Origin: Lingula anatina
Lineage: Eukaryota > Animalia > Brachiopoda
DNA length: 64,000 nt
Assembly (NCBI GenBank): GCA_051362555.1
Contig: CM120643.1
Span: 20,216,848-20,280,847 of the forward strand
Reading direction: 5' to 3'
Each line of letters begins with the position of its first letter. Position 1 is the first letter of the stretch. Shown piece by piece: positions 13,806-27,423 of the stretch. The position numbers were made by a program, and so were the translations under genes. The notes beneath the pieces were generated by a model. That model saw nothing but the letters and a program-made list of their open reading frames with translations, was not told the origin of the DNA and did not search any database.

Positions 13806-13969
13806 CAGGCCCATAGCCAGCAATTTCAAATGGGGGGTTCGTTTTCTGAAAAAGTGGACCTTTTACCATAAAACCTTCATGTACCTAGATCAAGTTTTAT
13901 CCAAAGTGGACCTTTTCTCAGCAAAAAGGGCGGTTCTTTTGAACCCCCCAAACCCTGGCTACAGGCATG
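13806..13969 (+). mobile_element. CAGGCCCGTAGCCAG-type MITE, 5-bp TSD ATTGG
   Basis: 15-bp TIRs; ATTGG on both flanks. Confidence 0.85.
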
Positions 13970-14920
13970 ATTGGACACATAATGTCCTCCAATATGCAAC
14001 ACATCCTAGAGAATTTTTCCTATCGATAAAGAGCACATTTCTTTGATCAAAAGCATCCAAGGGGGTCAGCCATATTTTTCTGCAGAACTGTTGGTTGGCA
14101 GTTCGGAATACACTCTTGGGAAGATGTTACCTACACTTTCATATTATGGTAAACAGGCTTTGCCCTTAAAATGGCACCAGCCAAGAGATCACTATTAGAG
14201 AGTAATAAAGGCAGAGTAATCAAACAAATACCATCACATGAAGTGTGAATCTCACATTCAGATGCAAAAGATTAACAGGATGAAAACCACTGATTTTTCA
14301 TTATGCACTAGAAGTAATAGGGACATTTAGAAAAATTTTCTAACTAGCTTAGTTTAACAGATAAATACGCCCCCTACAGAAAAGCTGTGTTAATACAAGC
14401 ATTTTGAAAACAAGAAGGGGCCTATCATTCAGTTCAGCTTAATGCACTCAGCAAGAGTCCCCATAGAGTGAATCTATATAGACTAGTGACGTCTATAGGA
14501 ATGGGGTCTAATACAATGTAATCATTGGTCAGAAGTTATTAAGAATATCTGGTGATATTGTACACTGGACTTGATGGATTTTCATGAATGCATGTATGTA
14601 AGGGACTTGCAACATTTACTTTGAATATAGGCTGGTTCCTGTCTTTTCTCTACTCATTTCCTTCGTATTAGTAGTTATCCACAGATTTTTGTTTTTCATG
14701 CTGAGGTTTCTTCACATCAGTAGTTGCTTCCTAGAGCTTTTTTTTCAGCAAGCTGAGCTCATTATTTACTTGACATCATAGACCAATTCAAGATCCAATA
14801 AGCTACGTTAGATAGAACTCGCACAAAGCCATGTGGTATTTGAAGGTGCTGAAAAGCATGGTGGCATTAGAGCTGAGCAGAGACATTCTTGTCTTACAGA
14901 CTATTAATAACAAATCAGAA

Positions 14921-15435
14921 GGCATTCACAACAGATGATCCTTGGATCTTCTGATCTGCAGATCAAATATGGCAGACTCTAGTACATAAAAGATGATCCG
15001 TGTAATGTACCTTTTTACATACATACATATGGAATGAATGTCCTAAACTTTTATCATTTTTGTACGCTTAATTCAAGCGTGGTCTCCCCCCTCCACATGC
15101 CCCATTGAACGGATTAAATCACAGCTCAGAGGTTCAATTGCTAGATCCCTGCAAGGACGGCATGTGTGGAGGCGAAGAGACCATCAGGGTATTATAAGCG
15201 GCTACCTTTTACATGCCCGTAGCCAGGGGGGTCAGGGGATTTGAAAGAACTGCCCCTTTTGTCAGGAAAAGGTCCATTTAGGGTAAAATTTGATCTAAGT
15301 TTCATTGTAAAAGGTCCACTTTTTCAGAAAAAAAAAACCTTTTGAATTTGCTGGCTACGGGCCTGTTTTAACTGGGTAAGCTATATTTTCTCCCCAGATC
15401 TGTAAGTCCAAGGATCATCTGTTCTGAATACAACC
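14921..15435. mobile_element. Harbinger-like MITE family B containing a nested MITE
   Basis: GCATTCACAACAGATGATCCTTGGA...TCCAAGGATCATCTGTTCTGAATAC TIRs. Confidence 0.75.
15212..15365 (-). mobile_element. CAGGCCCGTAGCCAG-type MITE nested in a Harbinger-like MITE, TSD TTTTA
   Basis: TIRs present; interrupts the host's conserved ttttaagtggg segment and duplicates TTTTA. Confidence 0.85.
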
Positions 15436-15527
15436 TTACAGACTGTTAATAACAAGTCTCAGAATCATACAATAGGTTTGATCCACCATCTAAAGGCACA
15501 TTCCCAATGAAACTATTGGGCCACAAA

Positions 15528-15742
15528 GACTGCAATCCCATAGACTTAGACTGATCCATCCTGATCGACCTAACTCCCTGGGGGTTCACGCTAAATTGCA
15601 GTCAGCTAAGCGCGCACGACAGTTAATTACCCCCTTACAGCTTTTAGTAGGCGGGACAGACGCTTAAGCCGGCTAAGCTGACAGTAATCTAGTGAGACTC
15701 CCCACAGGGTTAGATTGATCTAAAATCTGTGGGAATGGGGTC
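15528..15742 (-). mobile_element. Harbinger-like MITE family A, inverted copy
   Basis: Reverse complement of 13511-13725. Confidence 0.85.
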
Positions 15743-16013
15743 TAAGACTGATCCAACCCCATGGGGACTCTCGCTGAAGAGATAAGCACAACTCTTCCTG
15801 GCGTTAATTGTGTAGAATACAGAAAAGCTAGTGATAAGATGAGGGTATTGGAAACAAGAGGAAGCACGTTAATCTAAAGCTTAATTCTGCTCCCCCCTCC
15901 CCTTCTGTCCCTGAGAACTTAATTTGTTTTTCTCTCCTCACCTATATTTTTGTATAGTATTTCAATTCACTGCCCCATGCACAGCATATATATATATATA
16001 TATATATATATAG

Positions 16014-16324
16014 GTTATTACCTCCAACATGAAGATTATGTTTTCGGCTCTGTAAGTTAGTGAGGTAGTTAGTGTGTCTGTTTGCTGCATTATGCAAAAA
16101 GTCATGGAAGGATTCTGATGAAATTTTTAAGATAGGTCATAAATGGGCCAAGGAAGAAATGATTAGAGATTGGGGGTGATACGGATTACCATAGAAACAT
16201 GCTCTGCATCGAAGCTACACAAGCAATAGTAATTGATACTTGACCTATTTTAAAGCTACACGTCGCAGAGGTTATTTACAAGCTGTGGCCTGACTTCTTG
16301 CACTCTCTGAATGCTTTTCTAGTT
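16014..16324 (+). mobile_element. Short HINE/Helentron-type element (second family)
   Basis: TTATTACCTCC..GTTTTC 5' end and GCACTCTCTGAATGC-tttt-CTAGTT hairpin/CTAG 3' end; a relative lies at about 55556-55775. Confidence 0.55.
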
Positions 16325-18686
16325 ATAAAATGCATCATAATTGATGTTCAGATAGCTCAAAATTATATATATTCAAAATGCAATAATTACATCTCAATAT
16401 ATACAGTAATATGCCAAACAATTTGACCAAGATGAATTAATTAATTTCATGGAAATGTCATTAAGCTCGCATTGATTAAAATAAAGCAATGGAAAACTTT
16501 GATATTGTCGGATTGTTTGGGGCATCTGCTAAAACTTTTATCTTACCAGAAGTATTGCATTTTACCCGTAGTGTCACGCAAGATAAGCCGCAATTTTTGC
16601 CTAACACGTGTTTTAACCACGTCTTATCCTCCTTTTGAAATCTTATTTTGCTGTGTACAATATGTGCTAACATTACTTGAGATTCAAACAGACAACAATT
16701 CATATTTTGTATCTTTTTATTTCCCTAACTTACAATCATTTTCATGATGCACTTCACAAGTGGGACGAGTTTTTCCCTGGAGACAGGTGTTGTAAACAAA
16801 GCCCGGTCACTTAAATTTGAAAACGGTAGCTTTTGTGGACTTACCAGTTATGCGATCTATAGTACGTACACCCTATTTGAATTTTAATATGTCAACTGAA
16901 ATCAACCAAATTGAGGTATTTTTTTTACCAGTCTGATATCAATTGTTTTCAACTCGCAAGGCTTGCTCGGCATAGACGTTATGTATTTACGAAGAAGATT
17001 CAATCGCCTCTATCAAAGAATACCAACTGGTACTCAAATGGAATCCAGTGTTATTCTAAATTACTTTTAAGTATTTAATTAAAAAACCATCTCATATTAA
17101 AACATATTGAGAAAAGGCAATCTACAGAGCCTACCTGTGCCAATAGACATATCTTGTTGGCACTTATATGATTTTTCTACATATATACACTCGCTGTGCA
17201 CAAGCCAAGGTTTATATTGAAAACCCCACTGATACAACCTGAACGTAAAATAAGCATTTAATTGCCATAATTTTCACAAAACAGATGCATTTATAATTTG
17301 ACATGAGAATTGAGCAAGGCAAGGTGACTCACAGGTAACGTAAATACTCAGTGGGACTCCTTGTGAAGCTCTACTTTTCACTGCCATGAAAGTTAATAAC
17401 TGTATTTTCTTACAAGGAGATAAGGAAGATGTCATTTTTATTGTTGACAAATCAGTTATCCATGTAGGTGAATAGCTACACGACAGCACATCGTATTTGG
17501 CGCATAAAGTCTGGGTGGTTGATCCCGCTGATCTTTCAGTCGATTGTAGTAAATGTAGGATCTAGCGGTATTGACTTCAAGAACATCTGCATATATATTT
17601 CAATCGAACTTGAAAATAAATTGCTTATTCTTCCTAAACTTTATTGCTTGCAAATGCTATATGTGGTCTACAGTGTATATGAAGGTATTTACGACATATC
17701 CTACCCATTGCCGATATTTGGTTTCATCCAGACCTTTTTTTCTTAATTCTTCAAAACTGCCCCCCCCCCCCCCCCCCCCCCCCATTACGGGTGTGACAAA
17801 TCAGTCAGCAAGGGCAAGTCTGCTACATTGTCTATAAGCACTATTTTTGTCATCGAGGACAAAGGAAATGACAGGAATGTCTTACTTCCAGATAAGATCT
17901 TCAGTTAATTGTTTCTTCCCCATTGACGAAAGCTATTGAAAGAACAACAATTGACAAAGGGCCGAGGCATGCAGCACCTATTTCACTGGCTTGAAAGTTT
18001 ACCCATTCTTGCCGATGTGGTCAAACAATCAGAACAAGAAAAAAATTCTGTCGCATGATTTTGATTTTGGACTAAATGTTTGAGCCCAGAAAAATTAATT
18101 TTATAATATAATTTTTTTGGTCGGATTGATTGGACCGGTTGAAATGCTTGGCACATTACCGTACTACTTTTTTGCCTTTGGCATATATAAAATCTTACTC
18201 AATAGCTTCTGTGCTGTTCTTTCTTGAAACTTGACTGATTACAGTCACTCAATTCCCTAAAGCTAGGTAAACGAGTATGTTGCATGTTTTTCCATAATCA
18301 CAAACAAGACCCGGTAAGTAGAAACAGGAAGATATTAAAACTACATTTTGTACAAATTTTCATGATGCATGTCATTATGCAATAACAAAGAGGTCTCTTT
18401 AAACTGGTAACCCCGTTATCAGAATTTGCATTAGAAAAGTGGGTAGTGGGTTTTATCTGGTACGAAGTGTCCAGATATTTTATGTACCAAAACTGAGAAC
18501 AATGAGAGGCTCAAGGACCTTTATTCTGAGGGCATAATCAACTTTTCAATAATTTTTATGATTTTACTAAATATATCCAAAAGTTCAATTCTAATGCAGA
18601 TTTTAAAAATGTATTCTAAAATGCATTTTAGAAAATATTTAAATGTCAAATATGTTTTTTCTCAGAATTACCATTTTTGTATAACT

Positions 18687-18688
<2 letters not shown>

Positions 18689-18749
<61 letters not shown>
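18689..18749. repeat. (GT)n(AT)n microsatellite
   Basis: Direct observation. Confidence 0.95.
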
Positions 18750-21278
18750 CCATCAATATTTTGGTTGCAATTAATACAAAATGTGGGGAGCTTCAAAGCA
18801 TTCATTGCTTTTCTAACTACCATTAACTAGGTTACATTTTGACTGGCCAATTCAGCAAAGAAGCATTATAAGCACAAGGTACATTTAAACTTTCAAAGAT
18901 GATGAATGCAGTTAAGAGTTCACAAATCATTTAACTTCATTATTATTATTATTATTATTTAGAAACGATAAGCTTTACATATCTAGAACTTGATGAAAAA
19001 TAATGAATCATTGTGCATGTGTTCTTGACTACATACGTGTAGCTCTTTATTTATGGCCAATGAACTTTCTATTCATGGAAGACAAACAAAACTCTCAATT
19101 ACTCAGTTATTCTCCAGGGGGCTGCATTGCTGAAGAAATATACACATTAGCACAGTATCAATTTTGTTGTGGTGTTAAACTATTTTTTTCATAAATGTAT
19201 ACCACTCAACATAAAAGTGCAAACAAATACCTTCTGGAAACTGATTGCTTGGATTCAGAAAATAGCCAATACAAATTTTTCTTACTATTTAAAAAGTCTT
19301 AAATAGCAATTTTTTTAATCATGAGTCTTGCGACAAAGTGGAAAAGGACATACAAATCCTGATGGAAGGATCAAAGCCAAGTTCTCCAGAGGTGAACACT
19401 CTGATCACAAGGCCATCTGGTCGGTAATTACAACCATATATTGATTTTTTTAAAACTTTCATTTTCACTGCAAGTTAGGATGAGATGAAGTGGCTTCCTT
19501 ATGAGAATATTATAGTAATTATCTAATGGAAAAGAATAGAGATCTGAATAATGAACATATGGGAAGGTTTTTTAGGGTCAGTTTCACAGAAGATATGAAT
19601 ACTGTCAGTGGTTAGTTTCACTTTTGAGGTCTTATTTAAATATTTAGCCATATTTGACCCTTGGACTACTTAGCCCACTGTTCTAAATGCGGCCATAGGG
19701 CCATTCAGAATGAGAAGATCTGAGTGCTAACTGGTCCATGGTCTAAATATGGCAGATCTACATGAAAGGAAGACCGCTTAATCCTGTAATGGTCTCTTCC
19801 TTGACCGTCATTCCTTGACCGGTCGAATTGAGACGAGATTTAATTACTGCGCCCCTGCAAGAACGACGCATGGGGAGGCGTGAAAGAGGCGGAGAGAGGT
19901 TGAATCCAAGTGCAGAGATTGATAGATAAATGATTCGGGAGTACAAGAAAATTGCTTATTTTACCATGAAAATCCATTTTGGTGGTTAAATCTCATGAAA
20001 TGTACCTTTAACTATTCCATTTGATGTGAAAAGGGCCTTTGTCCTTTTTTCCTTCTTCCCTTAAGCGGCAAGAATGTCATTTTTATGACAGAACCACAAG
20101 GAAATTAAGGAAAAGATGCCCGAGTAAGAGGAAATCTCTGTATCCCTCGATTTGATGAGAAAGTGAAAGAAGATAGAGCCCCAAATTACGCACGATCAGG
20201 GCAGTAAATCATTACGTGGAACTGCCTTAGAATGAAAAAGGGGCCCTCCATGACACAATTGGAAGAAAACGTTTGAAGCTCTTAATGAAAGTCCTCAAAC
20301 TTACATCATAATGATAACATTGTAACTTCCCTAATGGCCCATTAAAGGCTAACAGTCAACCATTAGTGTAAATGGCTTGATGCACTTACTATACTGTAGG
20401 CAATCAAGCGTTATTACCAACATACTTTATAGCATGTTACAGTATCTCCATAATTTCTTACCTGGTAAGGGCAGTTGGGTCTTTTTTATCACAGTGATAT
20501 GGTATAACAGACCAACTTCTGGACCCTATATTCTGGCGTTTATCAGGGATGAGACCAGTCCTCACTGAAAAAGTAGGAGAATTGGCAGGGGGTCCAGAGT
20601 ACATGATTCATAAGAATGACCTAAATGACCCTGAAAAAGTCGGAATTCCGACAAAAAGTCGGAAAAGTCTCATCGGTGGTTTATATGCTTGATGTACTTA
20701 AAGGTGCTTGATACTCCTATCAGATTGGTCATAGTTATAACTTACTGTTGGAAGAGAAAAAAGGAAAGTGAATATGACTTTTATTTTATTAATTAATATT
20801 TTTGAGACAGTATTTACTTTTTAGCTGACTTCACAAATTATCCTGAATCAAAGGAGACCAAAACTTTTGCCCTAAATGTACAGACAATCATCTCATTAAA
20901 AAAATAAATAAATAATTTAAGGAAAAAGAGAAAGAAAAAAGAGAAAAGAAAAAAGAAAAAAAAGAAGCTGAATTTGTGCTCTTCCACCCTTTGTGATGCC
21001 TCCTTTCTGCTGAAATATAAAATTAATTTAAGAGTGACAAAGATAAATGTTTTGGGTGATGCATTTCACCATTTTAAGTGGTTCCTCGATTACTTTTCAC
21101 TCCATATTTCAGGGCAATTACAAAATGGCCATATTTCTATATCAATTACATTACAGCTGAGAACACAATGGGATCCATAACACCTAAATCAAGACACTTT
21201 CAGATGATCAATAATTTGAGGATAAGTTACATATACAGAAACATGGAGGAGCTGTCTAGATTTCTTATTCTTTTTTAA

Positions 21279-21592
21279 AGGAATAACAACTCTTTGTATG
21301 AGATGTTTATTTCACGATAAACAATGTAACTTTTTTAACAATTCATAGAAATGTAATATATTTTATTTTTCCACATAACGGCATTTAAAGCAATTATTCT
21401 GAAATCTGTGCTTGCCGTCTGACCAAGTGACCTCTATAGATGGCTACCCTCTGTAAAACAAACTTTTTAGAAAAAAACAGGGACTTACTTTGATTGTAGG
21501 AATGGATTGATTAACCATTGGTTAGTATGGGAAAACTGTCGTTTACCCCAGGAAAATTCATTTTTTGGCCAAAATGATCAGTTGTTATCCCT
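21279..21592 (+). mobile_element. Kolobok-like MITE, TTAA TSD
   Basis: ttaa-AGGAATAACAACT...AGTTGTTATCCCT-ttaa; a truncated relative lies at about 28364-28555. Confidence 0.75.
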
Positions 21593-23483
21593 TTAACCTT
21601 GGTTGAATCAGGACAATCAACATGACCATTTTTCTTGACCTAAATTCAATATCTAAATCTTTTTGGCCAACTGGTGATTAAATATATAGGAGAACGAGTA
21701 GAATCTTAGTTTATCACCACCTGGAGAGCATGTTATGTGTATGTAAAGTATGAATATGGAAGCTTGTACTTCACATAGTAGTGGCATGTGAGGTTTCTGA
21801 GAATGAGCACATTTACGCCTCTAGACAACATGAGTTATCGAGACACCTTAGACCTGGTTAGCAACAAAAGCCTTAATTGTTTACTACCCATTACGCCCAA
21901 GAACATGTTTAAATATAACCTGTTGAAGTCTTTTGTACTTTAAGCATATTTCTCAGAGACTTTTAGTGTATAAATCAAGTTTGTCAACTTCACAGATTGC
22001 TTTCTTTAAACCGCTGTTCTGGAATGTGCATTAATTTGGTATAACCTTTCTGTTAATCTAATCTTGTCAAGCTGTCTGCTTCAACCAAATAAAAAGTGCA
22101 ACTATGGATTAACACTGTACTTTTGTTGTATGATGCTCTATATTTTTGTACTGGTGATATCCAAAGAATAATATCAATATACAAGCCTTGGTATTGAAAT
22201 AAGACATTTTGCAGGATATTTTGTCATGAAATTTGAATACTACTAAGTTAATGTTCTACATTACTTTGTAGAATTAGAATGGAGAATAAATGTAATCAAA
22301 ATTCTGAAATTATGTGGTCAAATTCAACAACTAATCAACCTGACATTTAATTTACCACATAAAATCTAGGTATTTTTACATACATATACATTACCCATTC
22401 TAACCTTAAACATAGTTAATCATGACAGATATTTATTTACCTTCTGACTGCTTGCAATAAATTTATCAAGTAGAGAAGACATATTCTCTGGGAAACATTG
22501 ATAGCTTTCACCTTTGCATGCAAAAAATGTGTTCACGTTCAAACCTTTCTTATGCAATGGTGCACATCATCACATCATCAGGATAATAAAAAAATGCTAA
22601 TTTTCCTTTTGCTTTGATTCAAAAGAAAGGCAATACAGTGAGACTTGTCTTTACGTAAGCGATTTTACTGCGTGTCTATTGGGAAAACTAAGATTCCTTA
22701 CACCACATCAAATCACAAGAACAAAAGACTTGAACAAAATATATTTTGTAAGCATTCCATGCAAAAAGCTGTGGTTTAAGTCTAATACTACGCTTGCAGC
22801 AAGGAGTATATGATATCTCTGCTTGTTTTTTGAACCTGGATATATCTCAAATGCCTCACAAGGTAGAATTACATGTATGTATGTATGTATTATGTTACAG
22901 TCAGGCCTTAAAAGTACTATAACTGATATTTGTTGACTTGAAACCACATATTAATGACTTCAATTAATCACTAAATTTAATTCTTTAATTGGAACCGCAA
23001 GTTAATATTCAGATTTTATCAATACTAACTCTAAGCATATATGTTCAGTTTTTTTTTCAGAAGCACACTTCATTCATAATTTGGTTGAGACTTATTCAGT
23101 GAAATGTTATGAGTATATTTATATAATTTTTCTATGATTACATTTAGGGGTAGCAGGAGTCACTTCCAAGTATCGAGCTGTTTGCAGGAAATGAAAAGAA
23201 AATCATACTAATAAAATGTGTCACCTGAAAGTTATATTATCATCTTACAAGTCGAGATTCACAAATCTATCCAATTCGTACATATGACAGCAAATTTCCA
23301 GAACAAAATACTTATGCTTTAAATATTATTTTTATAGTTTACAACGTATTCTAGCCATCACATATCTGCCAAGTTAAAACAGTAAAATTCATCTTAATTC
23401 ATCTTGGTGTCTACATACTGACAGGACTTGACTTACAGATCCTACTCACACCACTAATCATAAAAATTGCACTTACATTTATT

Positions 23484-23525
<42 letters not shown>

Positions 23526-23889
23526 GCATGAGACTAAAAACACCTACCAGTCACCAAATTCAAAACTCATATTCAAATGGAAAAAATCAGTAAAGCATAT
23601 AACATGCACAATTGTTCTTCATGGGAAAAACGTCATAACTTATGTGACTTACGAGAGAGTTTGATAGCAAAAATAACTAGAGGATCAGAGAGGCGATACC
23701 GCCTCCGAATATTGTACCACCAGCTGGAGCAAGCGCATTCGTATAGACCCCCACATACACAAAATAAGGGGTGCAGCCACCAGTCTTGTGCTTGACAAGC
23801 TGTAAAAATGCAATCAACAAGAATTTTCAAAATATGCAAAAAATATATATAACTAAAAATGGTGCAATCAAAGTTAAGTTCATTGTAAG

Positions 23890-25314
23890 GTAGGTCAAAG
23901 GTCAATTTCAAGGTCACAGTAAATTGCCAGTATATGACTTCCTATCCAACTTCAATAGTAACTATGGACCTATCTCTGCCAGTTTTGGAGATAAAAGGGA
24001 AGCAAAATTTGCAAAGTTCAGTTCATGGTGAAAAGTAGGTCAAAGGTCAATTTCAAGGTCACAGTAAGATTGCCAGTATATGACTTCCTATTCAACTTCA
24101 ATAGTAACTATGGACCTATCTCTGCCAGTTTTGGAGATAAAAGGGAAGCAAAATTTGCAAAGTTCAGTTCATGGTGAAAAGTAGGTCAAAGGTCAATTTC
24201 AAGGTCACATTTAGATTGCCAGTATATGACTTCCTATTCAACTTCAATAGTAACTATGGACCTATCTCTGCCAGTTTTGGAGATAAAAGGGAAGCAAAAT
24301 TTGCAAAGTTCAGTTCATGGTGAAAAGAAGGTCAAAGGTCAATTTCAAGGACACAGTAAAATTGCCAGTATATGACTTCCTATGCAAGTTCAATAGTAAC
24401 TATGGACCTATCTCTGCCAGTTTTGGAGATAAAAGGGAAGCAAATTTTGCAAAGTTCAGTTCAAGGTGAAAAGTAGGTCAAAGGTCAATTTCAAGGTCAC
24501 AGTAAAATTGCCATTATATGACTTCCTATTCAAGTTCAATAGTAACTATGGACCTATCTCTGCCAGTTTTGGAGATAAAAGGGAAGCAAAATTTGCAAAG
24601 TTCAGTTCATGGTGAAAAGTAGGTCAAAGGTCAATTTCAAGGTCACATTTAGATTGCCAGTATATGACTTCCTATTCAACTTCAATAGTAACTATGGACC
24701 TATCTCTGCCAGTTTTGGAGATAAAAGGGAAGCAAAATTTGCAAAGTTCAGTTCATGGTGAAAAGAAGGTCAAAGGTCAATTTCAAGGTCACAGTAAAAT
24801 TGCCAGTATATGACTTCCTATCCAACTTCAATAGTAACTATGGACCTATCTCTGCCAGTTTTGGAGATAAAAGGGAAGCAAATTTTGCAAAGTTCAGTTC
24901 AAGGTGAAAAGTAGGTCAAAGGTCAATTTCAAGGTCACAGTAAAATTGCCAGTATATGACTTCCTATTCAAGTTCAATAGTAACTATGGACCTATCTCTG
25001 CCAGTTTTGGAGATAAAAGGGAAGCAAAATTTGCAAAGTTCAGTTCATGGTGATAAGTAGGTCAAAGGTCAATTTCAAGGTCACAGTAAGATTGCCAGTA
25101 TATGACTTCCTATTCAACTTCAATAGTAACTATGGACCTATCTCTGCCAGTTTTGGAGATAAAAGGGAAGCAAAATTTGCAAAGTTCAGTTCATGGTGAA
25201 AAGTAGGTCAAAGGTCAATGTCAAGGTCACAGTAAGATTGCCAGTATATGACTTCCTATTCAACTTCAATAGTAACTATGGACCTATCTCTGCCAGTTTT
25301 GGAGATATAAGGGA
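23890..25314. repeat. Tandem array of about 10 x 146-bp monomers
   Basis: AGGTCAAAGGTCA recurs at 23892, 24037, 24183, 24329, 24475, 24621, 24767, 24913, 25059 and 25205; units are nearly identical and the last is partial. Confidence 0.97.
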
Positions 25315-25557
25315 CTAAATGTTATAATTTTGGAGTTACCATAATGTGCCATAAATTTCCTACAGAAAAAATTAATTAAAATAAAGAAAAGGTCATTTTG
25401 GTCAAAGTTCTTGAAATGGGAGGTTCTCTGAAGTTGCAGAAGTTTAAATTTGATAAAATAATGTCATTTTTGACCACAAGTTGTCTGCTTTGCCAAGCAT
25501 TATGTTTTATTTTTCCAGAGTTCAAAATTTATTATCCATTACCATACTGCACATTTT

Positions 25558-25849
25558 TAAGGAAGCCGACTGGTGCCATATGTTGAAAAAAAAAATTATC
25601 TCGAAATTTCGAGATAGCATTTTTTTTGTTCAAATTTCAAAATACTATCTCGAAATTTCGAGATAAATTTTTTTGCTCAAATATCAAAATGCTATCTCGA
25701 AATTTCGAGATAATTTTTTTTTTGTTCAAATTTCAAAATGCTATCTCGAAATTTCGAGATAAAAATTTTTTTTGTTCAAATTTCAAAATAGTATCTCGAA
25801 ATTTCGAGATAATTTTTTTTTCTACATATGGCACCAGTCGGCTTCCGTA
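25558..25849. mobile_element. IS3EU-like MITE nested in the Helentron
   Basis: TIRs TAaGGAAGCCGACTGGTGCCATATGT / ACATATGGCACCAGTCGGCTTCCGTA; 6-bp TSD CATTTT; five internal TATCTCGAAATTTCGAGATA palindromes. TAYGG termini with a 6-bp TSD fit IS3EU as I recall it. Confidence 0.7.
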
Positions 25850-27423
25850 CATTTTCCTTTCACCACCAATATGTACTTTCTGATACAGCGTAACTCGAAA
25901 ACCGTATGGAATACAAAAAAACCGAGACCACCTGCAGTGTTGGGCTTTACATGCTCTACAAAATGCAAAAAAGAATGGGTCTCTAGCATTAACGGTTCCC
26001 GAATTAGAGACAGTTTTCAGTTTCGGTATCTTATGGCCGCTACTCCTGTGAAAATGCACCGATTGACCCCAAATTCACGGAGATGAAAGATGACCTGAAG
26101 GGTAACACTTTCCAATAATATTATTGGTTAAGTCTGTGTGGCGTCTGAATAACAGGGCAAAAAAATTTTTTTTCGTAAAAAATTTCATTTTTTTGAAAAT
26201 TTTGACCCATTTGACCTTGAAGTAAAGGTCAAAGGTCAAATCCGAGGGTATATTTGAAATCTACACATATGACTTTTGGAAAGCCGTCTATAGAAATTTT
26301 TCCCGTAACTCCTTCTGTAGGGTAGATAATTAGCATTTAATTTTGCCATTTTTAGACAAGGGTGCATTGCAATGAGTGCCACACCCAGACCCCAATACCG
26401 ACAAAGCCCAAATTTTACGTGGAACGAGTTGAGATTATAGGTGACCTAAATCCATGAGATGGGTACGGGGGCCCTTACCGTCTAGGAGGAGAAGCGGTAA
26501 CGGTAACATGGCGGCGGAGCCGGCGGAACGGACCGGACGGGACCGAAACCATGTGTACCGCCAGCGCTAACGCTGGTGGTAAATTTTTTTGTTCAAATTT
26601 CAAAATAGTATCTCGAAATTTCGAGATAATTTTTTTTTCTACATATGGCACCAGTGGGCTTCCGTACATTTTCCTTTCACCACCAATATGTACTTTTTGA
26701 TACAGCGTAACTCGAAAACCGTATGGAATACAAAAAAACCGAGACCACCTCCAGTGTTGGGCTTTACATGCTCTACAAAATGCAAATAGAATGGGTCTCT
26801 AGCATTAACGGTTCCCGAATTAGAGACAGTTTTCAGTTTCGGTATCTTATGGCCGCTACTCCTGTGAAAATGCACCGATTGACCCCAAATTCACGGAGAT
26901 GAAAGATGACCTGAAGGGTAACACTTTCCAATAATATTATTGGTTAAGTCTGTGTGGTGTCTGAATAACAGGGCAAAAAATTTTTTTTTCGTAAAAAATT
27001 TCATTTTTTTGAAAATTTTGGCCCATTTGACCTTGAAGTAAAGGTCAAAGGTCAAATCCGAGGGTATATTTGAAATCTACACATATGACTTTTGGAAAGC
27101 CGTCTGTAGAAATTTTTCCCGTAACTCCTTCCGTAGGGTAGATAATTAGCATTTAATTTTGCCATTTTTGGACAAGGGTGCATTGCAATGAGTGCCACAC
27201 CCAGACCCCAATACCGACAAAGCCCAAATTTTACGTGGAACGAGTTGAGATTATAGGTGACCTAAATCCATGAGATGGGTATGGGGGGCCTTACCGTCTA
27301 GGAGGAGAAGCGGTAACGGTAGCCGTCCGGCGGAGCCGGCGGAGCCGGCGGAGCCGGCGGAGCCGGCGGAACGATCCGGACGAGACCGAAACCATGTGTA
27401 CCGCCAGCGCTAACGCTGGTGGT
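25763..27423. repeat. About 817-bp tandem duplication of the Helentron 5'-terminal segment
   Basis: 25763-26580 and 26581-27423 align throughout, with scattered substitutions and different microsatellite length. Confidence 0.95.

Noticed and set aside
25597-25811. CRISPR-like regularly spaced palindromic repeats
   Set aside because: Spacers are near-identical, the array sits inside TIRs with a TSD, the context is eukaryotic and there are no cas genes.
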